Shown piece after piece: positions 21,199-31,775 of a stretch of DNA of 64,000 bases. The translations under genes and the position numbers were made by a program. This DNA is from Spirochaetia bacterium (GTDB lineage: Bacteria; Spirochaetota; Spirochaetia; CADAEX01). Location: the NCBI GenBank assembly GCA_017554185.1, contig JAFZIU010000106.1, positions 4,338 to 68,337 of the forward strand. The letters are read 5' to 3'. The notes under the pieces are model-generated. The model was not told where the DNA came from. It saw only the letters and a program-made list of their open reading frames with translations, and searched no databases. Position 1 is the stretch's first letter. Each line of letters begins with the position of its first letter.

Positions 21199-21861
21199 AT
21201 GGCAGAACCGAAATTCAAAGCAGCCCTTTTTGATGTGGACGGCACACTCTATCCGCAGAGCTTCTTCATCAAGACCAGCATCCAGTTCATGCTTATGCAT
21301 CCGCTCCTGAGCGCTGCTTTCAGGCAGCTCAGGCACGATGTGCGTGAGTTCGGGGGCGTGGAGGATCTGCACCTTGCCCAAGTGTCGCTATGCGCCGGAT
21401 ACCTCAGAATTCCGGCAGAGAAGGCTCAGGTGCTCCTGGAAAAACACATCTACGGCACTTTTATGGATATGCTGAGCAAGGCAGAACCATACCCCGGGGC
21501 AGAGCCTCTCCTGGCATCCCTTAAGAATGCAGGGCTCAAGCTGGGGGTAATAACCGACTATACCGTGGGTAAAAAGCTTTCTGCCCTGGGGCTCGACCAA
21601 TACTGGGATGTGGCAGTGTCTGCCGATGAAATCGGACACCTTAAGCCGGAGCCCGATGCCTTCCTTCTGGCAGCCGAAAAACTGAAAATTTCTCCAGAAC
21701 AGATAATTTATGTTGGAAATGAATATAAATATGATATAATAGGGGCAAAGAAGGCGGGAATGAAAGCTGCACACCTGGCTCAGAAGCCTGTTCCAGACAG
21801 CGCTGCAGACATGACATTCTCCGATTTCAGGGATTTACAGGGCTATATACTTGGGAATTAA
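21199..21861 (+). CDS. HAD-superfamily hydrolase (subfamily IA-like)
   Basis: Motif I ALFDVDGTLYPQ, motif IV-like YVGNEYKYDIIGAKKAGM. Confidence 0.65.
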   Translation: MAEPKFKAALFDVDGTLYPQSFFIKTSIQFMLMHPLLSAAFRQLRHDVREFGGVEDLHLAQVSLCAGYLRIPAEKAQVLLEKHIYGTFMDMLSKAEPYPGAEPLLASLKNAGLKLGVITDYTVGKKLSALGLDQYWDVAVSADEIGHLKPEPDAFLLAAEKLKISPEQIIYVGNEYKYDIIGAKKAGMKAAHLAQKPVPDSAADMTFSDFRDLQGYILGN

Positions 21862-23161
21862 CGGCGTAAACATTTTCTTCTTTTTATTTTCTCTTGGTGT
21901 TGAACTTCTGATTCTTTTTGCATTCATGAGGTCCAACACTGCCAGCCGTTATCTGGACAGAATGCGGGCTTTCTACAACAGCAGGACTCAGGAGCTGGAC
22001 AAGATAGTGGAAGACCGCAAGACAGCCCTCAATGATATCAAACTTGCAATGGAAGGAAGCGAGCAGAATGCCAGGGAACTGATCAAAAGCTTTGAGACCA
22101 GCTTCAATATGGTGAAAAAACGGGATGACGAGATCAAAATCCTGAGCGACCAGCTGAACACTTTCCGCAGTGCGTTCAACGAGATGGCCGATGCCTCCCA
22201 GAAGGCAGACAAGAACCTGCAGCTTCTTAAGCAGGAGTCCAAGAATGTGGAGATAGTCCGCCGCAGCGTACAGAACCTTACCTCTCAGCTTGGAGAAATA
22301 AAGGAAAAGACAGATTCCATACTGTCAGAATTCAACAGGAAGAATGAGGAAGACTTCGAGCAGCTAAGGCTTAACCTTCTTAATACTGTGAATCTGAACA
22401 TGGGTTCCCTTAAGGATGGCCTTGAGATGGCCGGAAAACGGCTTGACACCTTCAATACACAGATAGAGGAGCTGACCGGACGGCAGGCTCTGGTCTCCGA
22501 GAATGCAGTCAAGGATCTTACGATAGCAATGAACTCAAAGCTCGATTCTTTCAGGGAGAGCATAGAGTCCTTCGGAAAAAGCTATATGGAGCGGCTTGAG
22601 CTTCTTAAGGATAAGAACACTGCGGTTGAGTCTGAGTTCTTCGCAGCCCTGGACAAGGAGAGCAGAGCGCGGCTTGAGGTTGTGCGGGGCGAAATTGAGA
22701 AGGAATTCACCGATTATCAGGCATCAATCAGCGAAAAGATTGCATCGGTGGACAACCTTAAGCAGGATATAGAGACCCTGGGGTCAACCTTGCAGCAGAT
22801 TAAAACCGGTATGGCTGATGTGACCAAGGCTGTGGAGAGCATAGGAAAGCTTGATGAAAAGCTTGCTGCCGCCGAAGAGCGCCTCACCAGGATTGACAAG
22901 GTTATGGAGTGGCTTGCCAAGACCGAGACCCGCCTTAACGATTCCATCCGCAAGGGAGAAGAGACTATAGCAGTCCTTGGAGAGCTGGTGGAAAAGCCTG
23001 TCCCTATATCGGCCCCCGATACCCAGATGTCCCAGACCGAAAGGAACGAAACCGCAAAACAGCTTATCCAGCGGGGCTGGACAAATGAGAAAATTGCCGA
23101 AACCCTCGGCATCAGCGAAGGCGAAGTAGACCTTATCAGAGATTTTTATTCATCTAACTAA
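21851..23161 (+). CDS. membrane-anchored long coiled-coil protein with C-terminal helix-turn-helix-like motif
   Basis: N-terminal hydrophobic segment (INGVNIFFFLFSLGVELLILFAF), ~350 aa heptad-rich coiled coil, C-terminus AKQLIQRGWTNEKIAETLGISEGEVDLIRDFY resembles sigma70 region-4/LuxR HTH; start codon uncertain (TTG 21851 or ATG 21926). Confidence 0.45.
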   Translation: MGINGVNIFFFLFSLGVELLILFAFMRSNTASRYLDRMRAFYNSRTQELDKIVEDRKTALNDIKLAMEGSEQNARELIKSFETSFNMVKKRDDEIKILSDQLNTFRSAFNEMADASQKADKNLQLLKQESKNVEIVRRSVQNLTSQLGEIKEKTDSILSEFNRKNEEDFEQLRLNLLNTVNLNMGSLKDGLEMAGKRLDTFNTQIEELTGRQALVSENAVKDLTIAMNSKLDSFRESIESFGKSYMERLELLKDKNTAVESEFFAALDKESRARLEVVRGEIEKEFTDYQASISEKIASVDNLKQDIETLGSTLQQIKTGMADVTKAVESIGKLDEKLAAAEERLTRIDKVMEWLAKTETRLNDSIRKGEETIAVLGELVEKPVPISAPDTQMSQTERNETAKQLIQRGWTNEKIAETLGISEGEVDLIRDFYSSN

Positions 23162-23243
23162 TTATTTTTTCTCCAAATTATTGACTATTATATTTTCTTA
23201 TTAGTATCTTTTATTTAAAGAAAACATCTGAGGTTACACAAAA

Positions 23244-23846
23244 ATGAAAAAGGGTACTGAGGAAGAAATTATAGAACAGGAAATCAAGCCGGAAGCTTCT
23301 GACAAGGCCGAAGAGCTTAAAGCAGAAGAAAAAGCTGCAGAAAAGCCTGCCGAGCCTGCTGATGAAGCTGAAGCCCTCAAGGAGCAGATCCAGAAGCTTG
23401 AGGCCGAGAAGGCCGAGATGAAGGACCAGTTCCTCCGCAAGGCTGCCGACTTTGACAATTTCCGCAAACGCCTTATCCGGGACAAGGAAGATGCTGTAAG
23501 CTTTGCCAACACCTCTCTTTTGACCGATCTTATTGATGTTCTTGACGACTTTGAGCGGGCCGAGGAGGCTGCAAAGAAGTCCAAGGATTTCGATACTCTG
23601 GCAAACGGCGTTGACCTTATCGAGAAACGGCTTATGGGACTCCTGGAGAAGAAGTGGGGTCTTACAAAGTACGTTCCTGTGAACGAGGCATTTGATCCCG
23701 AGAAGCACGAGGCTCTTATGATGACAGAGTCTCCTGATGTAAAGGAACCTACTGTTGCAGAGGTGTTCCAGAACGGATACATCCTGCACGGCAGAGTGAT
23801 ACGGCATGCAAAGGTAAAAGTGAGCATGCCTGCAAAAAATAATTGA
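23244..23846 (+). CDS. grpE: nucleotide exchange factor GrpE
   Basis: 200 aa, acidic N-terminus, GrpE core FLRKAADFDNFRKRLIRDKEDA. Confidence 0.9.
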   Translation: MKKGTEEEIIEQEIKPEASDKAEELKAEEKAAEKPAEPADEAEALKEQIQKLEAEKAEMKDQFLRKAADFDNFRKRLIRDKEDAVSFANTSLLTDLIDVLDDFERAEEAAKKSKDFDTLANGVDLIEKRLMGLLEKKWGLTKYVPVNEAFDPEKHEALMMTESPDVKEPTVAEVFQNGYILHGRVIRHAKVKVSMPAKNN

Positions 23847-23874
23847 AAATTTTTTTCTATAAGGAAGGAATAAT

Positions 23875-25845
23875 ATGGGAAGAGTAATTGGTATTGATCT
23901 TGGAACAACAAACTCGTGTGTTTCAGTTATGGAAGGGGGAGAACCCATTGTAATTGCAAACTCCGAAGGACAGCGGACTACTCCGTCTGTTGTGGCTTTT
24001 ACAGACAAAGGTGAGAGGCTTGTAGGACAGCCGGCCAAGAACCAGATGGTTACAAACCCCGAGAACACTGTCTATTCAATCAAGCGGTTCATCGGATGCA
24101 AATACGGCGAAATGGCTGCCGATGCCGCACTTATGCCATATAAGATGGAAGCTGGCCCTGCCAACGACATCAGAGTCAACATCAGAGGCAAGCAGTACTC
24201 TGCACCGGAGATCTCTGCAGCAGTTCTCCAGAAGATGAAGAAGACTGCCGAGGACTATCTTGGCGAGCCTGTGACAGAAGCTGTAATCACAGTTCCTGCT
24301 TACTTCAACGACGCACAGCGTCAGGCAACCAAGGATGCAGGTAAGATTGCAGGCCTTGAGGTAAAGAGAATTGTAAACGAGCCTACAGCCGCATCACTTT
24401 CCTACGGCTTCGGCAAAGATAAGAAAGAAGAGAAGATCGCAGTATACGACCTGGGCGGCGGTACATTCGATATCTCCATCCTGGAGCTTGGCGACGGCGT
24501 TTTCGAGGTTAAGTCCACCAACGGCGATACCCATCTGGGAGGCGATAACTTTGACCAGGAAGTAATTCATTGGATGATCGACACATTCAAGGCTGACACA
24601 GGAATCGACCTGTCCAAGGACAGAATGGCACTCCAGCGGCTTAAGGAAGCTGCAGAGAAGGCAAAGATTGAGCTTTCAAGCTCTCAGTCCACAGAGATCA
24701 ACCTGCCGTTCATCACAGCAGATGCAACAGGTCCTAAGCACCTTCAGATGTCCCTTACACGGGCTAAATTCGAAGGTATGGTGGAGCATCTCATCAACAA
24801 GACAAAGGAGCCATGTGTCAAAGCTCTTAAGGATGCAGGTCTTTCTGCTTCCGAGATTGACGAGGTTATACTGGTAGGCGGTTCCACCAGAATTCCTGCT
24901 GTACAGACTATGGTAAAGCAGATCTTCGGCAAGGAGCCTAACAAGAGCGTCAACCCGGACGAGGTTGTAGCAATGGGTGCAGCAATCCAGGGCGGAATCC
25001 TGGGCGGCGATGTAAAGGACATCCTGCTTCTTGATGTAACTCCGCTTTCACTGGGTATCGAGACCTTGGGCGGTGTATTCACCAAGCTGATCGAGCGGAA
25101 CACTACTATTCCTACACGGAAGAGCCAGATCTTCTCAACTGCAGCAGACGGCCAGACCGCAGTTTCCATCCATGTGCTCCAGGGCGAGAGAGAGATGGCT
25201 GCAAACAACAAGACACTGGGCAACTTTGACCTGGTAGGCATTCCACCTGCACCACGGGGAGTTCCACAGATCGAGGTTACTTTCGATATCGATGCCAACG
25301 GTATTGTCCATGTTTCTGCAAAGGATATGGCAACAGGCAAAGAGCAGAGCATCAAGATCGAGTCCTCCTCCGGACTTTCCGAGAGCGAGATTGACCGGAT
25401 GGTAAAAGAGGCCGAGGCACATTCCGAGGAAGATAAGAAGGAAAGGGCAAGAATCGAGGTCAAGAACGAGGCAGACAGCATGATCTACCAGACCGAGAAG
25501 TCATTGAAGGACTACGGCGACAAGATCGGCGCCGACGACAAGGCTAAGATTGAAGCAGCCCTCAAGGATCTTAAGGAAGCTGCAAAGACCGACAACATCG
25601 ACGACATCAAGGCTAAAATGGAGACACTCAAGCAGTCTGCATATAAGCTGGCAGAGCAGATGTATGCTGCAAACGCCGCAAAGAACGGCGGTGCAAACCC
25701 AGGTGCAGGAGCTGCAGGTGCAGGTCCTAATCCGGGTGCCGGTGCTCAGGCAGGCCCGAACCCAGGTGCTGGTGCACAGGGTGGCCCTAAGAGCGGCACA
25801 GTAGATGATGTAGACTTCGAAGTAGTGGACGACGACAAGAAATAA
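23875..25845 (+). CDS. dnaK: molecular chaperone DnaK (Hsp70)
   Basis: 656 aa, Hsp70 signatures [27 protein letters not shown]; C-terminal GPNPGAGAQ repeats. Confidence 0.97.
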   Translation: MGRVIGIDLGTTNSCVSVMEGGEPIVIANSEGQRTTPSVVAFTDKGERLVGQPAKNQMVTNPENTVYSIKRFIGCKYGEMAADAALMPYKMEAGPANDIRVNIRGKQYSAPEISAAVLQKMKKTAEDYLGEPVTEAVITVPAYFNDAQRQATKDAGKIAGLEVKRIVNEPTAASLSYGFGKDKKEEKIAVYDLGGGTFDISILELGDGVFEVKSTNGDTHLGGDNFDQEVIHWMIDTFKADTGIDLSKDRMALQRLKEAAEKAKIELSSSQSTEINLPFITADATGPKHLQMSLTRAKFEGMVEHLINKTKEPCVKALKDAGLSASEIDEVILVGGSTRIPAVQTMVKQIFGKEPNKSVNPDEVVAMGAAIQGGILGGDVKDILLLDVTPLSLGIETLGGVFTKLIERNTTIPTRKSQIFSTAADGQTAVSIHVLQGEREMAANNKTLGNFDLVGIPPAPRGVPQIEVTFDIDANGIVHVSAKDMATGKEQSIKIESSSGLSESEIDRMVKEAEAHSEEDKKERARIEVKNEADSMIYQTEKSLKDYGDKIGADDKAKIEAALKDLKEAAKTDNIDDIKAKMETLKQSAYKLAEQMYAANAAKNGGANPGAGAAGAGPNPGAGAQAGPNPGAGAQGGPKSGTVDDVDFEVVDDDKK

Positions 25846-26978
25846 TGGCAACCAAGAGAGATTACTATGAGGTTTTGGGGGTGGAGAAATCTGCCTCCAA
25901 AGAAGACATTAAAAAAGCTTACAGAAAGCTGGCTATCAAATACCATCCCGACAGGAATGCCGGAAACCCCGAGGCCGAGGAGAAGTTCAAGGAAGCTACC
26001 GAGGCCTACGAGGTGCTTGGAGATGATAAGAAGCGCCAGGCCTACGACCAGTTCGGCTTTGCCGGGGTAGAGGGCAACATGGGTGCAGGCGGAGCACACG
26101 ACTACTCCAACGTATTCCATGATTTCCAGGATATCTTCGGCGGCGATTTCTCTATCTTCGACACCTTCTTCGGCGGTGGCGGCAGCTCCAGAGGGGGCCG
26201 TGGCTACGGCGGCCAGTACCGGGGTGCCGACTTGAGGTACAACCTGGACATCTCCTTCAAGGACGCAGTATATGGCACCAAGGTGGAGATATCCTATAAC
26301 CGCAATGTAAGCTGCACAGAATGCAACGGCACTGGCGCCTCCGCTGGCTCTGGACGAAAGATGTGTCCAACCTGCGGCGGAACTGGCCAGGTACGCCGGA
26401 GTTCTGGCTTCTTCTCTCTCGCATCCACATGCTCTACATGCCATGGCGAGGGATCCATCATAGAAAAGCCTTGCAGCCACTGCGGTGGCAGCGGCACCAA
26501 CCGCAAGGTGCAGAAGATCAAGGTCACCATTCCTCCTGGAATAGAGCCGGACAGGCAGATAAGCATACCTGGCCAGGGCGATGCCGGGCCTGCAGGCGGC
26601 GTTCCGGGCGACCTTTATATATTTGTCAACGTGCGTCCTCACGAGTACTTTGAGCGCAGCGGCAACGACCTTTACTGTGTTGTTCCTATCAACGTGGCCC
26701 AGGCATCGCTTGGCTGCAGCATTAATGTGGACACACTTGACGACAAGAAGGTAAAGCTCAAGATTCCGGCAGGAATCCAGAACGGCAAGCTTCTCCGCCT
26801 TAAGGGCGAGGGAGTTCCTTTATATCATAATCCTAACAAGAAGGGCGACCTTTATATCAAGATACAGATTGTGACACCCGAGCATCTTTCATCCAGAGCC
26901 AAGGCCCTTATGGAAGAGCTTTCCCAGCAGCTGGGCGAGAACGAGAACCCTAAGCCGGTACGGCTTTCTTCCTTATAA
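25845..26978 (+). CDS. dnaJ: chaperone DnaJ
   Basis: J-domain with HPD, G/F-rich region, four CxxCxGxG zinc-finger repeats; start overlaps dnaK stop (TAATG). Confidence 0.95.
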   Translation: MATKRDYYEVLGVEKSASKEDIKKAYRKLAIKYHPDRNAGNPEAEEKFKEATEAYEVLGDDKKRQAYDQFGFAGVEGNMGAGGAHDYSNVFHDFQDIFGGDFSIFDTFFGGGGSSRGGRGYGGQYRGADLRYNLDISFKDAVYGTKVEISYNRNVSCTECNGTGASAGSGRKMCPTCGGTGQVRRSSGFFSLASTCSTCHGEGSIIEKPCSHCGGSGTNRKVQKIKVTIPPGIEPDRQISIPGQGDAGPAGGVPGDLYIFVNVRPHEYFERSGNDLYCVVPINVAQASLGCSINVDTLDDKKVKLKIPAGIQNGKLLRLKGEGVPLYHNPNKKGDLYIKIQIVTPEHLSSRAKALMEELSQQLGENENPKPVRLSSL

Positions 26979-26981
26979 ACG

Positions 26982-28202
26982 GTGTCTATGGCAGAAGTGC
27001 ACTCCCGATGCTACAAAGTAAGCGAGATCACTAAATGCATCAAGGACTATCTGGAGGGTGAATACTACTCAATCCAGATAGAGGGAGAGGTCTCGGGTTT
27101 CAAGCCTTCAAGCTCAGGACATTACTATTTTACCCTTAAAGACTCATCTGCAGCCATAAGCGCAGTCCTCTTTTCCCGTTCTGTAAAGAACGCAGGCTAT
27201 CTGCCCAAGGACGGCGACCTGGTTGTGGTTACAGGCAGTGTGACAGTCTACGCCAAGAGCGGAAACTATCAGATTGTCTGTTCCTACATAGAAAAGGCGG
27301 GGCAGGGCGATATCTTCGCCGAGCTTGAGAAGCGCAAGCAGCGCTTGGCCGCTGAGGGGCTTTTCGACGAAGAGAGGAAACGGCCTATTCCGCCGTATCC
27401 AAAGCGCATAGGGGTTGTCACATCCCCCAGCGGCGCCGCCATCAGGGATATCCTGAGGGTGCTCAAGCGTCGTAACAATACCATAGACCTTGTGATACTG
27501 CCTGCCCCGGTGCAGGGGGACGAGGCGGCGCCTATAATCGCGGCCCAGATACGGCGGGCCAACATGTTCAAGCTGTGCGACGTACTCTTGGTATCCCGTG
27601 GCGGCGGTGCCCCGGAGGACCTGTTGCCATTCTCCGACGAAGAGGTGGTGCGGGCCGTGGCAGCTTCGGAGATTCCAACCATTTCTGCGGTTGGACACGA
27701 GATAGATGTTGTGCTTACCGACTTTGCCGCAGACCTCCGGGCCCCGACGCCATCGGCTGCCGCCGAAGTTGTATCAAGGGAGGCAGAGAACGTTATAGAC
27801 CGCATACAGGAGTGCAGCCAGTCTATAAAGGATGAGATGCTGGATCGGCTTGACAGGGCCCGCCTGGTTATGGAGAATTGTTCTAAAGAAAACCTTAAGC
27901 GGAGCATGGAAGGTCTTCTGGACGATATGCACCAGAACCTTGATGACCAGCACGAGGATCTGGTCCGCTCTGTGCAGGACATACTTAAGGAGAACCGCCA
28001 CAGGCTTGAGCTTATATCCGGCAGCCTCAAGGCATCTTCCCCGGAATCGATTCTTAAGCGGGGATATGCAGCAGTATACAACAAGAGCTCAGACCAGTAT
28101 GCAGGTTCTGCAGCCTCTATCAAAGCCGGAGACCGGCTTAATATCACCTTCTGGGACGGCACAGCAGCTGCCGTTGCCGAGAAACAGGGAGAAGAGAAAT
28201 GA
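26982..28202 (+). CDS. xseA: exodeoxyribonuclease VII large subunit
   Basis: OB-fold N-terminus (VSGFKPSSSGHYYFTLKD), catalytic core, coiled C-terminal region; GTG 26982 or ATG 26988 start. Confidence 0.85.
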   Translation: MSMAEVHSRCYKVSEITKCIKDYLEGEYYSIQIEGEVSGFKPSSSGHYYFTLKDSSAAISAVLFSRSVKNAGYLPKDGDLVVVTGSVTVYAKSGNYQIVCSYIEKAGQGDIFAELEKRKQRLAAEGLFDEERKRPIPPYPKRIGVVTSPSGAAIRDILRVLKRRNNTIDLVILPAPVQGDEAAPIIAAQIRRANMFKLCDVLLVSRGGGAPEDLLPFSDEEVVRAVAASEIPTISAVGHEIDVVLTDFAADLRAPTPSAAAEVVSREAENVIDRIQECSQSIKDEMLDRLDRARLVMENCSKENLKRSMEGLLDDMHQNLDDQHEDLVRSVQDILKENRHRLELISGSLKASSPESILKRGYAAVYNKSSDQYAGSAASIKAGDRLNITFWDGTAAAVAEKQGEEK

Positions 28203-28441
28203 GTTTTGAAGACAGACTTACCCGGCTTGAAGAGATCAACGACAATATGAAGGATGGGGGAATCCCTATCGAAAAGGCTATGAAGCTCTTTGAGGAGGGG
28301 ATAAAGCTGGCATCCTCCCTGGAGAAAGAAATAGGCAAGATGGAGCGGAAGGTAGAGATCCTCATCAACAAGCCCGACACCCCCGAAGAAGAGCCCAAGC
28401 TTGAGCTTTTCACCGATGTGGACGAGGAAGAGAAAGACTAA
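28199..28441 (+). CDS. xseB: exodeoxyribonuclease VII small subunit
   Basis: 80 aa helical protein, 4-nt overlap with xseA. Confidence 0.8.
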   Translation: MSFEDRLTRLEEINDNMKDGGIPIEKAMKLFEEGIKLASSLEKEIGKMERKVEILINKPDTPEEEPKLELFTDVDEEEKD

Positions 28442-28872
28442 GGCTTAATAAACTCCACCTTGTCTCCAGCCTTTATTCCATGCCTGTCAAAGGCTCCATG
28501 ATTCACCTCTAAAGCATACCTTACTGAATACCTGGAATCCACTGTCCGTGTGGAAAGCGGCTCCATATCATATATCTCCCTGATAGTCCCGTCTGCTGCA
28601 ATGTAGGCGATGGAAAGAGGTATTGTGGTGTTCTTCATCCAGAAGGATTTCTTTGCGTCCCGGTCGTAGACAAAGAGCATACCCCGGTCTTCCTCCAGGC
28701 TTTCCCGTCCCATAAGCCCTTTCTCCTGGCTTTCCAGGGTATCTGCTGTCTCTACAGTTATCTCCCACTGGTTAATCCTTATGACTTGAGTCTGCAGATC
28801 ACTATTCTTACTGCATGAAAAAGGGGCAAAACCCACCAGCAGCAGAAAAAGAATGAGGCGGAATTCTTTCAT
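28438..28872 (-). CDS. secreted DUF192-family protein
   Basis: Signal peptide MKEFRLILFLLLVGFAPFSCS; DUF192/COG1430-like core (MGRESLEEDRGMLFVY...PLSIAYIAADG). Confidence 0.55.
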   Translation of the reverse strand: MKEFRLILFLLLVGFAPFSCSKNSDLQTQVIRINQWEITVETADTLESQEKGLMGRESLEEDRGMLFVYDRDAKKSFWMKNTTIPLSIAYIAADGTIREIYDMEPLSTRTVDSRYSVRYALEVNHGAFDRHGIKAGDKVEFIKP

Positions 28873-28994
28873 ACTTACAGTTTAGACCAAGAAATTTTGG
28901 TTGTCAAACTGCTAATAATTATTTTTATTATACTAATTGATATAAAACCCCAAAAAGAGTAAAATTACCCGCAGAAATTATTGGAGGTAATAGA

Positions 28995-31007
28995 ATGTTA
29001 CTCGCACTTATTGCCGTGCTTGCAGCTGCATTTGGCCTTTGCGTGGCATTTATGCTTGCAAAGTGGATCGGATCATGCGATGCCGGCACAGACAGAATGA
29101 AAGAGATCTCTGGATTCATCAGAGAAGGAGCTTTTGCTTTCCTGAAGAGAGAGTACAAGTCAATGGCTATCGTTATTGTAATTCTCTTCTTTGTAATTGG
29201 TTTTGCACTTAACTGGACAACCGCTGTCCTCTACCTTTTCGGTGCCCTGCTTTCAGTTCTTGCCGGATTCTTCGGTATGAACGTAGCTACCAAGGGTAAC
29301 GTGCGGACTGCAGCAGCAGCTAAGGACTCCGGAATGAACAAGGCCCTCAAGGTTGCCTTCAGATCCGGTGCAGTAATGGGACTCTGCGTTTCCGGCCTGG
29401 GACTTCTGGGTGTCGGAATTGTAGTTACAGCTCTTGACCTGGCAACAGTGACACAGTGTATCACCGGATTCGGTTTCGGTGCATCCTCTATGGCACTCTT
29501 CGGCCGTGTAGGCGGCGGTATCTATACAAAGGCAGCAGACGTAGGAGCTGACCTTGTAGGTAAGGTTGAGGCAGGAATCCCTGAGGACGACCCACGTAAC
29601 CCGGCAGTTATCGCAGATAACGTAGGAGACAACGTAGGTGACGTTGCAGGTATGGGTTCAGACCTTTTCGAGTCCTATGTAGGATCCATCATCTCTGTAA
29701 TCACTCTGGCAGCTGTAGCAGCAGCCAACAACCCATTCGGCTTCTCAAAAGAGACAGCAGCTGTATTCCCGCTTATCATCTCTGCAATCGGAATCATTGC
29801 ATCTGTAGTAGGAATCATGGGTGTAAAGGGCAAAGAGGGACAGAACCCTGCATCTGCTCTTAACATGGGAACATATATCAGCGGTATCGTAGTTATCATC
29901 GCTGCCATCATCCTGTCAAAGGCTATGCTGGGAACATTCAGCTATGCATGGTCAATCATCGCAGGTCTTATCGTAGGTATCGCAATCGGAAAGGTTACCG
30001 AGATCTACACATCTGCAGATTACAAATATGTAAAGAAAATCGGCGAGCAGTCACAGACTGGTGCTGCAACAACCATCATCTCCGGTCTCGGAGTTGGTAT
30101 GATGTCCACCCTGTGGCCTATCATCTTCGTATGTATTGGCGTATTCGTAGCATATAAGTTCGGTGGAATGTACGGAATCGCACTTTCTGCAGTAGGTATG
30201 CTCTCCACAACAGGTATGACAGTTGCAGTTGATGCTTACGGTCCTGTATCTGACAACGCAGGTGGAATCTCCGAGATGTCCGAGCTTCCAGAGGGCGTAA
30301 GAAAGATCACCGATACCCTGGACTCTGTAGGTAACACCACAGCAGCTATCGGAAAAGGCTTTGCAATCGGTTCTGCAGCTCTTACAGCACTGGCTCTGTT
30401 CGTTGCTTACGCTGCAGTCTCCAACCTCAAGGCTATCGACCTCTTGAATCCTATCGTAGTAGTAGGTCTTTTCATCGGATCTATGCTGCCGTTCCTGTTC
30501 TCTGCTATGACAATGAACTCTGTAGGAAAGGCTGCCAACCAGATGATCGAAGAGGTTAGACGCCAGTTCAGAGAGGACAAGGGAATCATGGCTGGAACAT
30601 CCAAGCCTAACTACAAGCAGTGTGTATCCATCTCCACAGGAGCTGCTCTTAAAGAGATGATCATGCCTGGCGTTATGGCAATTATCGCTCCTATCGCAGT
30701 AGGTATCATCCTTGGACCAGCTGCTCTGGGCGGAATGCTGGCTGGATCCCTGGCTGCAGGTGTTCTCCTTGCTATCATGATGGCTAACGCTGGTGGAGCA
30801 TGGGACAATGCAAAGAAGTATATCGAAGGCGGCGCTTACGGCGGAAAGGGTTCTGACACCCACAAGGCTGCAGTTGTCGGCGATACTGTTGGTGACCCGT
30901 TCAAGGATACATCCGGTCCTTCCATCAACATCCTCATCAAGCTGATGACAATCATCGCAGTAGTATTTGCTCCGCTGTTTGTTTCTATCGGCGGTCTTCT
31001 TAAATAA
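28995..31007 (+). CDS. hppA: membrane-bound pyrophosphate-energised cation pump (K+-dependent subtype by GNTTAA motif)
   Basis: 670 aa, ~16 TM, conserved DNVGDNVGD and [17 protein letters not shown] motifs (Ala at K/A position indicates K+-dependent clade, possibly Na+-pumping). Confidence 0.9.
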   Translation: MLLALIAVLAAAFGLCVAFMLAKWIGSCDAGTDRMKEISGFIREGAFAFLKREYKSMAIVIVILFFVIGFALNWTTAVLYLFGALLSVLAGFFGMNVATKGNVRTAAAAKDSGMNKALKVAFRSGAVMGLCVSGLGLLGVGIVVTALDLATVTQCITGFGFGASSMALFGRVGGGIYTKAADVGADLVGKVEAGIPEDDPRNPAVIADNVGDNVGDVAGMGSDLFESYVGSIISVITLAAVAAANNPFGFSKETAAVFPLIISAIGIIASVVGIMGVKGKEGQNPASALNMGTYISGIVVIIAAIILSKAMLGTFSYAWSIIAGLIVGIAIGKVTEIYTSADYKYVKKIGEQSQTGAATTIISGLGVGMMSTLWPIIFVCIGVFVAYKFGGMYGIALSAVGMLSTTGMTVAVDAYGPVSDNAGGISEMSELPEGVRKITDTLDSVGNTTAAIGKGFAIGSAALTALALFVAYAAVSNLKAIDLLNPIVVVGLFIGSMLPFLFSAMTMNSVGKAANQMIEEVRRQFREDKGIMAGTSKPNYKQCVSISTGAALKEMIMPGVMAIIAPIAVGIILGPAALGGMLAGSLAAGVLLAIMMANAGGAWDNAKKYIEGGAYGGKGSDTHKAAVVGDTVGDPFKDTSGPSINILIKLMTIIAVVFAPLFVSIGGLLK

Positions 31008-31030
31008 GCTGCAAACTGGATAAAATATAA

Positions 31031-31059
31031 AGGCGTCCTTTTCGGGACGCCTTTTTTTG
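31031..31059. terminator. bidirectional rho-independent terminator between hppA and convergent flavodoxin-like gene
   Basis: AGGCGTCC-ttttcg-GGACGCCT followed by T7; A-run on the other side gives U-run for the minus strand; second imperfect hairpin at 31071-31100. Confidence 0.75.
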
Positions 31060-31105
31060 TACTATTTTTTTGTCATTCTGAAACAAGTTCAGCATGACAA
31101 TCAGG

Positions 31106-31675
31106 TCAGTCAAGAAGCCATGCAGCCATCTCGTCGGCAGCTTTAAGGTCGTCTGGTTTTTCCATTATGCTGCCTGGTACATTTGCATTTCCTGCCACAT
31201 GTGCTTTTTCTGTCCTGAAACCAGCGATGGCAAAGTTCTTAAGGTTGGTGTCAACCATCTGGGTATAGATATCGACAGGACCGAATCCTGCGAAGAAATA
31301 TCCTGCAATCTTCTTGTCTTTTCTGCCGGCCATGGAGAAATCGCTCTGGGTAAAGTCCATAAAGGAGTAGGTTCTGTCCAGGAAAGCCTTGAGCTGAGCC
31401 GGGAACTGATCCCAGTGAACTGGTGCAAGAATCAGCAGGGCATCGCATGAGTCAATCTGAGGGATAAGGGCGGTAAAATCATCCCGCTGGATACAGTTCG
31501 GGGTATGCTGCTTCTTGCAGGCATCGCAGGCCAGACATGGGTTTACAGCTTTTTCTCCAATGCGGAATGCAGTGATTTCTGCTTTACCAGCCAGCTTTTC
31601 TGCAAAGTATTGCTCAAGGGCATAGGAATTGCCATTTTTTCTTTTGCTTGCATTGATGATAAGTATTTTTTTCAT
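31106..31675 (-). CDS. flavodoxin-like fold NAD(P)H-dependent FMN reductase / quinone reductase family protein
   Basis: Start at ATG 31675 (MKKILIINASKRKNGNSY) with AGGAGG 5 nt upstream; flavodoxin_2 / NADPH-dependent FMN reductase-type N-terminus. Confidence 0.65.
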   Translation of the reverse strand: MKKILIINASKRKNGNSYALEQYFAEKLAGKAEITAFRIGEKAVNPCLACDACKKQHTPNCIQRDDFTALIPQIDSCDALLILAPVHWDQFPAQLKAFLDRTYSFMDFTQSDFSMAGRKDKKIAGYFFAGFGPVDIYTQMVDTNLKNFAIAGFRTEKAHVAGNANVPGSIMEKPDDLKAADEMAAWLLD

Positions 31676-31775
31676 TATTTCCTCCTGTTTTCTCTTCATT
31701 ATATCATACTTGTCTTATAGTATTCATTCTATTATAATATTGACTATAACTTTTAGTTATTGCAAGGAGACTGAT

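Noticed and set aside
23162-23243. Searched for CIRCE (HrcA operator) or sigma32-type promoter upstream of grpE
   Set aside because: No TTAGCACTC-N9-GAGTGCTAA-like inverted repeat present; only a sigma70-like TTGACT/TAGTAT pair. No hrcA gene in the window.
31629-31775. Hydrophobic N-terminal extension of the LysR ORF and 8-codon extension of the flavodoxin-like ORF
   Set aside because: Both run through the shared AT-rich promoter region; canonical starts with SD sequences exist at 31776 and 31675.
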